From IMG/VR virus record IMGVR_UViG_3300033076_001150, positions 1-27,674 of that record: a stretch of DNA of 27,674 bases. One strand, written 5' to 3'. Origin of the DNA: a virus. Taxonomy: Duplodnaviria; Caudoviricetes. Numbering within the stretch: the stretch's first letter is position 1; every line of letters begins with the position of its first letter. The notes beneath the pieces are model-generated. The model had not been told where the DNA came from. It ran no database searches and saw nothing but the letters and a program-made list of their open reading frames with translations. Both the position numbers and the translations under genes were made by a program. Below, piece by piece: positions 18,669 to 26,429 of this stretch.

Positions 18669-18935
18669 GTGGACGCTCCGGAGCAACGGAATGGAAAACC
18701 CTCACGTTTCGCAAGAATCCGGGACACAATCACGTTTATTCTTGGATGGGGCCTAATCTGGCAACAGGCGCTATTGGTAAAGCCAACCGAAGTAAACGAG
18801 ACATTCCTGTTGCTGGCGGCAACGTTGCTCGGAGTGCCGTTCGGGGCAGAGGCCCTAAGTCGAATCCGTGGCACATCTACTATGCAGCCAGATTCGCACT
18901 CGCAATCAGTGGATTCGTCACCATCGTCGCGCTGA
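18669..18935 (+). CDS. Two-TM membrane protein of the lysis cassette
   Basis: TITFILGWGLIW and FLLLAATLLGVP hydrophobic segments. Confidence 0.6.
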   Translation: MDAPEQRNGKPSRFARIRDTITFILGWGLIWQQALLVKPTEVNETFLLLAATLLGVPFGAEALSRIRGTSTMQPDSHSQSVDSSPSSR

Positions 18936-18948
18936 TCGTACTGGGGAG

Positions 18949-19245
18949 ATGAAGTCATTGAGTAGTGAACAGAGGGGCGGCTGGCTGATGATGATAGCCG
19001 CACTGATGGTTATCACCAGCATGGCGTTCACCGCCATCTACTCTCAACACATCGCCTCAGAAAGCGAAAAACGTGACTGTGATGCTCTGGCGGCAGACAT
19101 TCATGTTTATCAAGAAACACCACCGGTATCCAAAACTGGCTTGAATCAGTGGCGAAGCAAGGTGGAAAGGTACACAGAAATCGGTTGCAAACCTCAATTC
19201 AAAAGCCCGGTCGTTTCGAACACAAAAGGAAGTGGCAATGACTGA
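18949..19245 (+). CDS. Single-TM membrane protein with two Cys (lysis cassette)
   Basis: WLMMIAALMVITSMAFTAIY TM; start 18949 or 18958. Confidence 0.65.
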   Translation: MKSLSSEQRGGWLMMIAALMVITSMAFTAIYSQHIASESEKRDCDALAADIHVYQETPPVSKTGLNQWRSKVERYTEIGCKPQFKSPVVSNTKGSGND

Positions 19246-19543
19246 GACTCCCGCAGAGCTTCCGTCACCCAGCAAAAAAACAGAGTGGAAGGTGCGTGCG
19301 GCCACCTGGGCGGCCTTCCTGTCCTCCCTGGCCGGAATCACCGCGCTTCAGGCCACGGTGACAGACATGGTGCCGACACTGCCGGACTGGTTGGAGACCC
19401 CCGCGTATAGCTTGCTGATCGCGGCTGCGACGTGGCTGGCCGGCTACAACACTCGAACGCGGCCAGACAGCGTGAGTGAGAGCACGCGTGACGCTATCGC
19501 GGAATGGATGCGGCGACACGCACCGCGCTACCCCCCTCGCTAG
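19238..19543 (+). CDS. Holin-like protein
   Basis: KVRAATWAAFL...LPDWL...TWLAGY; two TMs; last gene of the lysis cassette. Confidence 0.7.
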   Translation: MTETPAELPSPSKKTEWKVRAATWAAFLSSLAGITALQATVTDMVPTLPDWLETPAYSLLIAAATWLAGYNTRTRPDSVSESTRDAIAEWMRRHAPRYPPR

Positions 19544-19546
19544 ACT

Positions 19547-19607
19547 CTGAACACATAAACGCGCGACCCGTCTCATTTTCAGACGGGTCGCGCGTTTATG
19601 TGTTCAG
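19547..19607. terminator. Perfect 27-bp inverted repeat, bidirectional terminator between convergent arms
   Basis: CTGAACACATAAACGCGCGACCCGTCT-cattttc-AGACGGGTCGCGCGTTTATGTGTTCAG. Confidence 0.85.
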
Positions 19608-19894
19608 TTTTGGTTCATGTCCGCTCTCATTTGCATTTCTGCCCGAATGATGTCGTCCGCGGTTATCTCCGGGTGACTGGCGAGATATCCCCTCATCACT
19701 ACTTTGGAGAATTTCAGTGCCGCTACCGCATCGCCGGTAATGAGGGCGTAGTGGACGACAAGCCTCGACAATTCTTCGATGAAGTCAGAAATGCCCAGTT
19801 GGGTCATCGGGACAACGGCCGTGTCACCGGCGGCGGTGAAGGCTGCCAGTTCATCCGCGCTCATGATCCCTTGCTCGACGCACATATTGCACAT
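19604..19894 (-). CDS. Hypothetical protein (MCNMC N-terminus)
   Basis: AAGGGG RBS, own promoter upstream, terminator downstream. Confidence 0.7.
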   Translation of the reverse strand: MCNMCVEQGIMSADELAAFTAAGDTAVVPMTQLGISDFIEELSRLVVHYALITGDAVAALKFSKVVMRGYLASHPEITADDIIRAEMQMRADMNQN

Positions 19895-19912
19895 GACTAC
19901 CCCTTGAGGCTC

Positions 19913-19960
19913 GACAACCGAGTGATGCCGGTAGTCTACCCGGCATCACTCGGTTGTCAA
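19913..19960 (-). promoter_or_regulatory. Conserved-spacer promoter copy 2 embedded in a 19-bp inverted repeat
   Basis: Minus strand TTGACA-accgagtgatgccggg-TAGACT; arms 19913-19931 and 19940-19958. Confidence 0.75.
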
Positions 19961-20338
19961 CTACCCCCTACAGCCGGGGCAGTGGATGCCGATGCAGGCA
20001 CTGACTCATCGCGTCGTCTCCAGCCGCATGGTTCCGGGCATGGTCTGCCACGGCACAAGACCAAAAAAGTGAACATCAACAATCTCCGGGTTGGACTTGT
20101 CCGGCTGGACTGCCTCTACTACCTGGCGCTCACCACGCCAGATCACTCCGTCTCCGCGCTTGAGATCGGCTGCCCTCACTCGGGCGGTCATACAAGCACC
20201 TGCCCGATTGGCAGGTCAATCTGCCGGGCGGCGGCATGATCGCGCAAGTGGTACATGAGCACGTTTACCGCATCCTTGATCTGCCGGTGCACGATGACTA
20301 CCCCCTACAGCCGGGGCAGTGGATGCCGATGCAGGCAC
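19960..20338. repeat. 42-bp exact direct repeat (19960-20001 and 20297-20338)
   Basis: ACTACCCCCTACAGCCGGGGCAGTGGATGCCGATGCAGGCAC occurs twice. Confidence 0.9.
20006..20191 (-). CDS. Small SH3/KOW-like beta protein
   Basis: VRAADLKRGDGVIWRGERQVVEAV pattern. Confidence 0.55.
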   Translation of the reverse strand: MTARVRAADLKRGDGVIWRGERQVVEAVQPDKSNPEIVDVHFFGLVPWQTMPGTMRLETTR

Positions 20339-20777
20339 CTCGATGACTGATCGATTTCTTCGCGATCAAGGTAGCGAGAGCTGCACCAGCAATCGCCACC
20401 GGGAACACGTAGCGACTCTCCCACAGCAGATAGCCGACAGCTAGTAACGCCATAACGACCGCCGCAACTAGGACGGGGACCCACACACCCCTAGCCGCTT
20501 GACGCCGTTTCGCGAGGCGAATGTACTCCACCTGAAACACTCCTTTAGTGATGCGCGGATTGTAGACATTCTGAGCAATCTCGCCGCGCGCTGCCATCTC
20601 GCGCAACTCTTGCATCAAAGAGTGGCGCTGGTGTGCCGGCGCTACCGCAGTGCCTACCTGAACCCTTTCTGTCTGCGCTCCTGCGCCGTCATGCCACCAT
20701 AGGGGAGTCCCCATAATCCCGGCTTTCGTCCCTCGCCGACCGTTACCCACTTTAAACACTTCTCCCTCACTGGACAC
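20298..20777 (-). CDS. Membrane protein with C-terminal CxxxHCxxC; start uncertain (possibly 20615)
   Basis: Two TMs, ends CIGIHCPGCRG; the 5' part overlaps the WhiB-like gene by 124 nt. Confidence 0.6.
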   Translation of the reverse strand: MSSEGEVFKVGNGRRGTKAGIMGTPLWWHDGAGAQTERVQVGTAVAPAHQRHSLMQELREMAARGEIAQNVYNPRITKGVFQVEYIRLAKRRQAARGVWVPVLVAAVVMALLAVGYLLWESRYVFPVAIAGAALATLIAKKSISHRGACIGIHCPGCRG

Positions 20778-20932
20778 GAGTCACTTATCATAGCGAGTTG
20801 CATTTCAGCTTCCTCGCCGCCGCGTTCGAGAATTTTATCGACAAGCTTTCTGCCGATGTCGCTATTGCAACGTGCGCCATCAAGCTCAGGCGGGTTGCCG
20901 ATCGCCTCTAGAAACCACGAAACATTACCCAT
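20654..20932 (-). CDS. WhiB-like transcription factor (second Cys replaced by Ser)
   Basis: GARC...ISDSCPVREKCL...WGLPYGGMTAQERR resembles WhiB C..CxxC-x5-C and GVWGGxxxxER. Confidence 0.7.
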   Translation of the reverse strand: MGNVSWFLEAIGNPPELDGARCNSDIGRKLVDKILERGGEEAEMQLAMISDSCPVREKCLKWVTVGEGRKPGLWGLPYGGMTAQERRQKGFR

Positions 20933-21474
20933 CCAATACCGCCCCAGAATGTCAGCGCAGGCGCTATGCGTACCAAAAAGACCAACGCCTGAAGCACGTA
21001 CCCCTCTACAGTTCTCTCAGCCTTCTCTCTGGCAATACGTTGCCGCCCTGCTTTGGCTGGAGTGATGCGTCTGGGGTTGCGCTTATTTCCCCTCACATTG
21101 TAGACGGGGAGAAGAAACAAAATCCAAGCAGACTCACTAAATTCTCTCCAGAATTTGAACCGGGGGAACAAGCAAGGGAGCGGGTAACATTTTGGATCAA
21201 GGTCTGACCAGTCTTTACCTGCCGCGCCGTGGCGTCGATCGCCGTACAGATGCTGCCTATCTCGATTGCGCCGACTGGATGTTTGCCCCACGTAGGCATT
21301 GTGCCGACCACTGAAAAACAGCGGCACCAGCGCAGGCCACCACGGAGCGCCGAGACTATGAAGCATCGTCGCGGCCACCAAGCAGGCTGGAAGCAAAAAC
21401 CGCAGAGGAAGCCCAAATCTCGCATGGGGCTTACGTGTGCGCCAGAGATAGCATCCGCGCGTCTTCCAACTCAT
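20908..21474 (-). CDS. GIY-YIG nuclease-like protein with transmembrane segments
   Basis: GCYLW...AYVGQT..R..QH...E..I...PVYN; hydrophobic insert between the two motifs and a hydrophobic C-terminus. Confidence 0.65.
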   Translation of the reverse strand: MSWKTRGCYLWRTRKPHARFGLPLRFLLPACLVAATMLHSLGAPWWPALVPLFFSGRHNAYVGQTSSRRNRDRQHLYGDRRHGAAGKDWSDLDPKCYPLPCLFPRFKFWREFSESAWILFLLPVYNVRGNKRNPRRITPAKAGRQRIAREKAERTVEGYVLQALVFLVRIAPALTFWGGIGWVMFRGF

Positions 21475-21821
21475 TACGCTTCCGTGTCCTTGTATTTGTA
21501 GATGACTCGTCGGACGACATCGATGGATACCTGATTGCAGTCTGCTATGGCACGCAACGTCATACCCTCTTTTCTCTGCTGCTTTATGACTCCGATAAGT
21601 CTCGGAGCGAGAGCGCTTTTGTGATGCGTTTCTTCGGAGGGGAGGTCAGGTAGGCCCATGAGGACTTTTTCCATGTTCGACACCACGATTGAACTACGCT
21701 CCACACGCATATACGTAGAAGCACGGATGCGCTTAATGGCCTCGATTCTGGCCTGCCCATGCAACTTCCGATCAATTAACCGGTAAACCCTCTGCCGCGC
21801 GGCTTTCGTACCGTGGTTCAC
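21474..21821 (-). CDS. HTH DNA-binding protein
   Basis: C-terminal GMTLRAIADCNQVSIDVVRRVI helix-turn-helix. Confidence 0.7.
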   Translation of the reverse strand: MNHGTKAARQRVYRLIDRKLHGQARIEAIKRIRASTYMRVERSSIVVSNMEKVLMGLPDLPSEETHHKSALAPRLIGVIKQQRKEGMTLRAIADCNQVSIDVVRRVIYKYKDTEA

Positions 21822-22006
21822 AATCCCGCCCGCTTCCTTAGGTACGCCTCACGCGCATTCAGTAACGCCCGCTCGGCTGCACTGCCTCGCTGCACGGCGA
21901 AATACACCCACCCCACGCCCGGCCAGTAGCGGCCCCGCACCACGAGGCGTGCGCCCCCTGTGTCATGCCGCGCCACAAGACCGCGAGCCTCATTCAGTCT
22001 GTTCAT
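21818..22006 (-). CDS. Small hypothetical protein
   Basis: ATGA/GTGA coupling on both sides. Confidence 0.6.
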   Translation of the reverse strand: MNRLNEARGLVARHDTGGARLVVRGRYWPGVGWVYFAVQRGSAAERALLNAREAYLRKRAGL

Positions 22007-23964
22007 CGAATTTCCCTCTCTGCCGCCTGCGCGGCACGTCGGCTACGCGCATAGGCAGCCATTTCATCCAGGTCATACAGCCATCCAGCATTGGCCGACC
22101 CACCTTGAATTCCAGGAAAGCCGCTCGGGTCACGCTTGCGCCAATTCCTGAGAACACTCTCCGTGACGCCTAGATGTGACAGTGCGTCTACCATGTCGGC
22201 CAGGGACTTCAGGGTACGCGGGGGGAGCTCGCGGGGTCTCGCTGGGTCATGACCCAGCGAATCCCCCAGCGTAATATGCGTGGATGTACCTACATTGGTT
22301 CGTTGGGTCACCCCTGCATTGACACTGGCAAACGGTGACGCAGCGTTAGAAATACCGGCACTAGCGTACTCGCGAGCCTCACTTTCTGTGACAAGGAGCG
22401 CTTGCACGTGCACGATCTCATCCTGCGCCCACACCACCCAACGCCCTAGCTCTTTCGGCTTGCGCACCGGCTTCAGTTCCGGGATGAGCATTTTCCATGT
22501 CTGCGGGGTGTAGCGACTGAGTAGCCGAATTTGGAAGTTCTCCCGTAGGTCTGCGTTGCCATTAAATACACGGCTACTAAAGCGCTGCGCGGCAAGGAAG
22601 TCGAACATGCCGAACGCGCGGCCAGCAAAGTCGAGACTCTGAAAGCCCATCAGTGCGGGACTCCGTACAGGCATGGCTCGCCGCTCGTCTGGTTCTGCCA
22701 TGTTCCGCAAGCGCGCCCAGTACTCCCAAAGTAGAACGCTCGTCATGTTCCACTCTTCGCGCACCACCAGCACTCTCGGACGGAGTGCTCGCTCTTCTTT
22801 CGAAAGTGCTTTGCGAATGTCCACCTCTTGCCCGATACGCTCCCCCATTTCATGGATGCCCTCAATGTCCGTGACGATGGTTACCCCCGGCAGACCCTGC
22901 GCCCACTCATGGCTTTCCGCTTTCCAGTCCAGGATAATTACGCTCCACCCCCAGTGGAGCGCCTGCATAATCACTGCACGCATGAGCATGCTCTTTCCTG
23001 CCCCGCTCCCGGCACTCAGTCCGATATGCGGAGAGGCATCGATCATCTCGGCACTCACTAGTTCATTGTTCGCACCTACTCCCAGAACGGGGCGGTACTC
23101 TTCACTCACCTGAGCGAAGGTGTCCATGTACTCGCGCCAGTGCGCCACCTTGGGTGGCTGTGGTGGGCAGCTCACTAGCACGCGTGGGTGGTTGCCGGCC
23201 AACTGCCAAGAGAACACGGGGTCCTGCAACCCCAGCTTGTTACCCACCACCCGCTCAATACCCCTAATGGACGCGGGGTCTCCGCCGAAGTTGGCCGGGA
23301 GCATGATCTCAACACTTTTGCCCCCTGGCTCTAGATAGTTGCGGGGGACACGAATCCACTCCAGATCTCCAGAGCGGAAGATGTTGTCCATACGCTCTGC
23401 CAGGGCCTTAGCTAGCGGCTCCACCACGGTACGCTGCCACTCCCGGCGCCCTTCATATACCTGCACGATGCGCAGACGTCGCACGGTCGGAGCATCCCGC
23501 TTCAGTTGCTCAGCGTCCATGCTCTCTACTTGTTCCGCCGTGTACTCCGTCTGCTCTCGAACCAGGAGCGGGAGACGTAGGCCGCGCTCCCGAATCTGAG
23601 AGCACTCCACGGCCAGGAGTACCGGAGAGAGCACCACCAGGTGAGCATGAGCGAGAGAGAGTAGAGCGCCCCACTGGCGAAGGAGCGCCAGCGCCAACAC
23701 AGGGAGCACCAGGAGCGCCAGCCATAGGAGCGCCAGCCTGATGACAAGGCGCTGCCAGCCAGCCAACCTCAGCCAGCGGTGCGGCTCCCCCCGGCTGGCC
23801 GGAGAGAAAAACGTGCTGTTGGTCCAACGCACGTTATCCATGGGCCGGCCCAGGAGGAAGCGATACCACCAGGCAAGGCGCGGCCGATTGCTGATGAATT
23901 GTGCTTCCGGGTAGTGGTGATACTCCACTACCTTCTCGGCGCGATCCCTACTGAACCAACCCAC
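22003..23964 (-). CDS. TraB-like FtsK/SpoIIIE-superfamily ATPase with N-terminal TMs and C-terminal HTH
   Basis: PHIGLSAGSGAGKS (Walker A), IILDWK, LVVREEWN (Walker B), GRAFGM..AAQR, LRENF; C-terminal LGVTESVLRNWRKRDPSGFP..LYDLDEM. Confidence 0.8.
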   Translation of the reverse strand: MGWFSRDRAEKVVEYHHYPEAQFISNRPRLAWWYRFLLGRPMDNVRWTNSTFFSPASRGEPHRWLRLAGWQRLVIRLALLWLALLVLPVLALALLRQWGALLSLAHAHLVVLSPVLLAVECSQIRERGLRLPLLVREQTEYTAEQVESMDAEQLKRDAPTVRRLRIVQVYEGRREWQRTVVEPLAKALAERMDNIFRSGDLEWIRVPRNYLEPGGKSVEIMLPANFGGDPASIRGIERVVGNKLGLQDPVFSWQLAGNHPRVLVSCPPQPPKVAHWREYMDTFAQVSEEYRPVLGVGANNELVSAEMIDASPHIGLSAGSGAGKSMLMRAVIMQALHWGWSVIILDWKAESHEWAQGLPGVTIVTDIEGIHEMGERIGQEVDIRKALSKEERALRPRVLVVREEWNMTSVLLWEYWARLRNMAEPDERRAMPVRSPALMGFQSLDFAGRAFGMFDFLAAQRFSSRVFNGNADLRENFQIRLLSRYTPQTWKMLIPELKPVRKPKELGRWVVWAQDEIVHVQALLVTESEAREYASAGISNAASPFASVNAGVTQRTNVGTSTHITLGDSLGHDPARPRELPPRTLKSLADMVDALSHLGVTESVLRNWRKRDPSGFPGIQGGSANAGWLYDLDEMAAYARSRRAAQAAEREIR

Positions 23965-23966
23965 GA

Positions 23967-24191
23967 TCAGCGACCACCTTTTTTATCTTGCGACGTGACA
24001 TGCCAGTGATCGCCCCATTGACATTCGATCACTCTTTTTGGCATGGCGTACCTGCTTTCTGCCGCCGCGCGCCTAGCCGGATCGAGATACAAACCCAATA
24101 ACCAGCGCTGCGCCTCATCGAAGGTTGGAAAGATGATCTTCCCCGTTCTGCTACAGCGGCTTTTCATTACAACGCCACCATCCCACCGCAT
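23967..24191 (-). CDS. Small Cys/His (putative Zn-binding) protein
   Basis: CSRTGKIIF...RVIECQWGDHWHVTS. Confidence 0.65.
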   Translation of the reverse strand: MRWDGGVVMKSRCSRTGKIIFPTFDEAQRWLLGLYLDPARRAAAESRYAMPKRVIECQWGDHWHVTSQDKKGGR

Positions 24192-24201
24192 GCCATGCTA
24201 T

Positions 24202-25047
24202 TTATCGCACACGCGCCCTATTCATGTGGTCGCGGATGACCGCAACCAGGTCCGACCGGACGCTACGCCCGTCCACCTTCGGGCCAATATCCGCGCGAGG
24301 GTCGTTACGCAGCAGACGTGCAATCTTCATGTACAGGCGAATAGTTGCAACACTCACGCCGGTCTTGTCCTTGATGTCCGCAACCGACATGCCGGGCATC
24401 TCTTCGAGAATGAGGCGAACGGCTTCACCAATTACACCGCTGTCCTTGCGGGCACGTGCCGGCACAATCTCGCGAGCCGCCGCCTCAAGGCGTCCCTTGC
24501 GAACGGCTCCACTGATTACAACGCTGTCCCTGCGGGCATGTGCCGGCACAACCTCGCGAGCCGCCGCCTCAAGGCGTAGTCCAAGGTTTATCGGCTCGCT
24601 CCCGACCGGCCCGCCCTTCTCGTGCAGCGGGTTTTCGGCGGGGGTTTCCTGCGCTGGCCGCTTCCGCGTAAGAAGAACGGTCATGGTGCAGCCGATCATT
24701 AGTCCGTCAATGGCAAGGGGACCAATGAACTGAATGACGGAAGTCTCGCCCATCATGCCCAGCAGGGTAAATTGGTGCTCATAGCTGGTGATGGCGGCCG
24801 GCACAGATGCGGCCAACAGCATCGTCCGAGTAAGGTTGTGGGTCCAGCGCTTTTCCCAGTAAACGCGAACCAATACTTCGATGCCGGCAAAGGTGAACAT
24901 GGGCCAGACGACCGCGCCGGGGACGCGGAGCCACAGAGATACATCACTGACGGCAAGCACGGCGTGCGTGATGTTCGCGGTCACGCTGACGATAAGCGCG
25001 ACTACTAGCCAAAAGCGGGCATAGTTGTGCCCATTGTTGTTGCCCAT
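24202..25047 (-). CDS. DUF2637/Spd-like four-TM protein with C-terminal HTH-like segment
   Basis: SVTANITHA, WP, AAITSYEH, PLAIDGLM motifs; MSVADIKDKTGVSVATIR; GAGGG RBS favours ATG 25047. Confidence 0.7.
   Translation of the reverse strand: MGNNNGHNYARFWLVVALIVSVTANITHAVLAVSDVSLWLRVPGAVVWPMFTFAGIEVLVRVYWEKRWTHNLTRTMLLAASVPAAITSYEHQFTLLGMMGETSVIQFIGPLAIDGLMIGCTMTVLLTRKRPAQETPAENPLHEKGGPVGSEPINLGLRLEAAAREVVPAHARRDSVVISGAVRKGRLEAAAREIVPARARKDSGVIGEAVRLILEEMPGMSVADIKDKTGVSVATIRLYMKIARLLRNDPRADIGPKVDGRSVRSDLVAVIRDHMNRARVR
24415..24576. repeat. Two 78-bp coding repeats with 84-bp period
   Basis: RLEAAAREVVPAHARRDSVVISGAVR / RLEAAAREIVPARARKDSGVIGEAVR. Confidence 0.85.
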
Positions 25048-25144
25048 GAATCGACCCTCACTTTTTCTTTCTCGCCCAAAGATGGGAAGCCGCGCCAGTG
25101 GCTGTGTCGAAACCGTTCGCTCCGCTAGCGCGACCTCATCTCTT

Positions 25145-25172
25145 ATGATACCCGCGATGAGTGAGATGTCAA
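25145..25172 (-). promoter_or_regulatory. Promoter for the membrane protein/TraB-like operon
   Basis: Minus strand ccagTTGACA-tctcactcatcgcggg-TATCAT, same 16-nt spacing but different spacer. Confidence 0.7.
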
Positions 25173-25211
25173 CTGGGTGCAGGGAGGTACGCCTGCGTGC
25201 AACTTGCACTC

Positions 25212-25245
25212 AAAAGCGACGAGGCGCCGTAGCGCTCTCGCCGCC
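25212..25245 (-). terminator. Probable intrinsic terminator after the amidase gene
   Basis: Minus strand GCGGCGAG-a-GCGC-TACG-GCGC-CTCGTCGC-TTTT. Confidence 0.6.
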
Positions 25246-25272
25246 CCGCCCTGGATGCCTACTGACGTAGCT

Positions 25273-25890
25273 TTACCACTCCTGGTTGTCGCGCCAGCCT
25301 GCCACGTGCGGGATCAAATGCCTTCCTGGCATCGACATTAGCTTCAGGAATAGCTCGGACGGAACTACATCCTGCGGCAGTCGCCCATCGTCGAATACGT
25401 GGAAACCGGCGTCGGCCAGAGCCTGATCGACCAACTGACTGCACATCATGGTGCGCGTGCTCGTGATGTAGTCGGACAGGCGTGAAGAAGAAACGCCAGC
25501 CGCGCGCAGCGCCAGAGCGAGGTACGTCAAAAAGTTGTACGGCGTGCCGACACTTGCGCTGGCTGCCGCCACCACTGCGTTAGCCTGATCATCGACGTAC
25601 TCTGGCCTAATGTAGACGTGCTTAGACGTCCATTGATCCTCTGTCACAGTCACGCACTCCGCGCCGCCCGGCATAGCTTGCACAAAGCGGGGGTAAACGA
25701 GTCCGGCTGGCGTGCCGACAATTACGCCAACATGCCGTATGTTCCACCAGCGCCGCCAGGATATGCGCTCTTTCCGGCCAGCCAGTGCGACCTGTCCGAC
25801 CCCGACCGGAACAACGCCAGGGAAAAACCCCCCGATGGGGCCAAACAGGATATCTCCCGGACGCAGACCATACAGCTCCATTGCCCTCAC
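25273..25890 (-). CDS. Permuted papain-like amidase (YaeF/YiiX, circularly permuted NlpC/P60)
   Basis: LRPGDILF, RHVGVIVG (His), VGTPYN, MMCSQLVDQAL (Cys), VVPSEL. Confidence 0.8.
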   Translation of the reverse strand: MRAMELYGLRPGDILFGPIGGFFPGVVPVGVGQVALAGRKERISWRRWWNIRHVGVIVGTPAGLVYPRFVQAMPGGAECVTVTEDQWTSKHVYIRPEYVDDQANAVVAAASASVGTPYNFLTYLALALRAAGVSSSRLSDYITSTRTMMCSQLVDQALADAGFHVFDDGRLPQDVVPSELFLKLMSMPGRHLIPHVAGWRDNQEW

Positions 25891-25910
25891 CCCTTTCGTA
25901 GATCAATGCA

Positions 25911-26005
25911 TGATCTGACAGAAAACCGCGCGTGCACCCTTCCCGGGTAAGTCCCTACCTCTCCGGGGCGGGGACGTGCACGCGCGGCAGTCTGTCAGAT
26001 CAGGC
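25911..26005 (-). ncRNA. Structured intergenic element A
   Basis: Minus strand TGATCTGACAGA-CT-GCCGCGCGTGCAC [38 nt] GTGCACGCGCGGT-TT-TCTGTCAGATCA. Confidence 0.65.
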
Positions 26006-26362
26006 TCAGATGTCCTGAACGTCCTCGTTGAGGTCCTGAGCGTCCTCGCGAGCTGCGCGCTCCGCCTTGCGGAGCGCGCGAAGCCGGCCACTCACGACCA
26101 GCATGGCCGTGTCCGGATCAGCAGCGATGGAAATCACGGTGCGCTCGATCGCCTCGCTGCGAAAAACCTCATCCTCTGAATCCCACGCTGTCCCAAGGTC
26201 CTCGTCGTCCTTCACCTGGACCAGCGTCACGGACAGTTCAGCCGACTCGCTGACGACGGAAGCCGCCCCCATCTTCGCGACGTAGCTGACGATGTCCACG
26301 CCACCAGCCGCGTGAGCGACGGTGTGTCCATCGGTGTGCATGTGCAGGAAATACTTGTTCAT
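26006..26362 (-). CDS. Hypothetical acidic protein
   Basis: AAGGGG RBS; 118 aa; fills the space between elements A and B. Confidence 0.7.
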   Translation of the reverse strand: MNKYFLHMHTDGHTVAHAAGGVDIVSYVAKMGAASVVSESAELSVTLVQVKDDEDLGTAWDSEDEVFRSEAIERTVISIAADPDTAMLVVSGRLRALRKAERAAREDAQDLNEDVQDI

Positions 26363-26429
26363 TACTCGCCCCTTCGTAGGCGCAACGGAAAGTCAACTAG
26401 CACTCTAGCTGTTGACTGTAGCCGAAAAC

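Noticed and set aside
18665-18952. Alternative 95-aa ORF after the endolysin
   Set aside because: Overlaps 18669..18935, which has a more plausible two-TM lysis-protein pattern; not fully excluded because its RBS spacing and ATGA overlap are good
19960-20338. DGR template/variable repeat pair
   Set aside because: Copies are identical with no adenine-specific mismatches, are only 42 bp, and no reverse transcriptase is in the window
21800-24200. clt-like 8-bp repeat cluster for the TraB-like protein
   Set aside because: No convincing tandem 8-mer cluster seen by eye near the gene; a k-mer scan of the full genome is needed
25048-25209. N-terminal 54 aa of ORF 24202..25209
   Set aside because: The region holds a promoter and an RBS before ATG 25047, so it is probably non-coding
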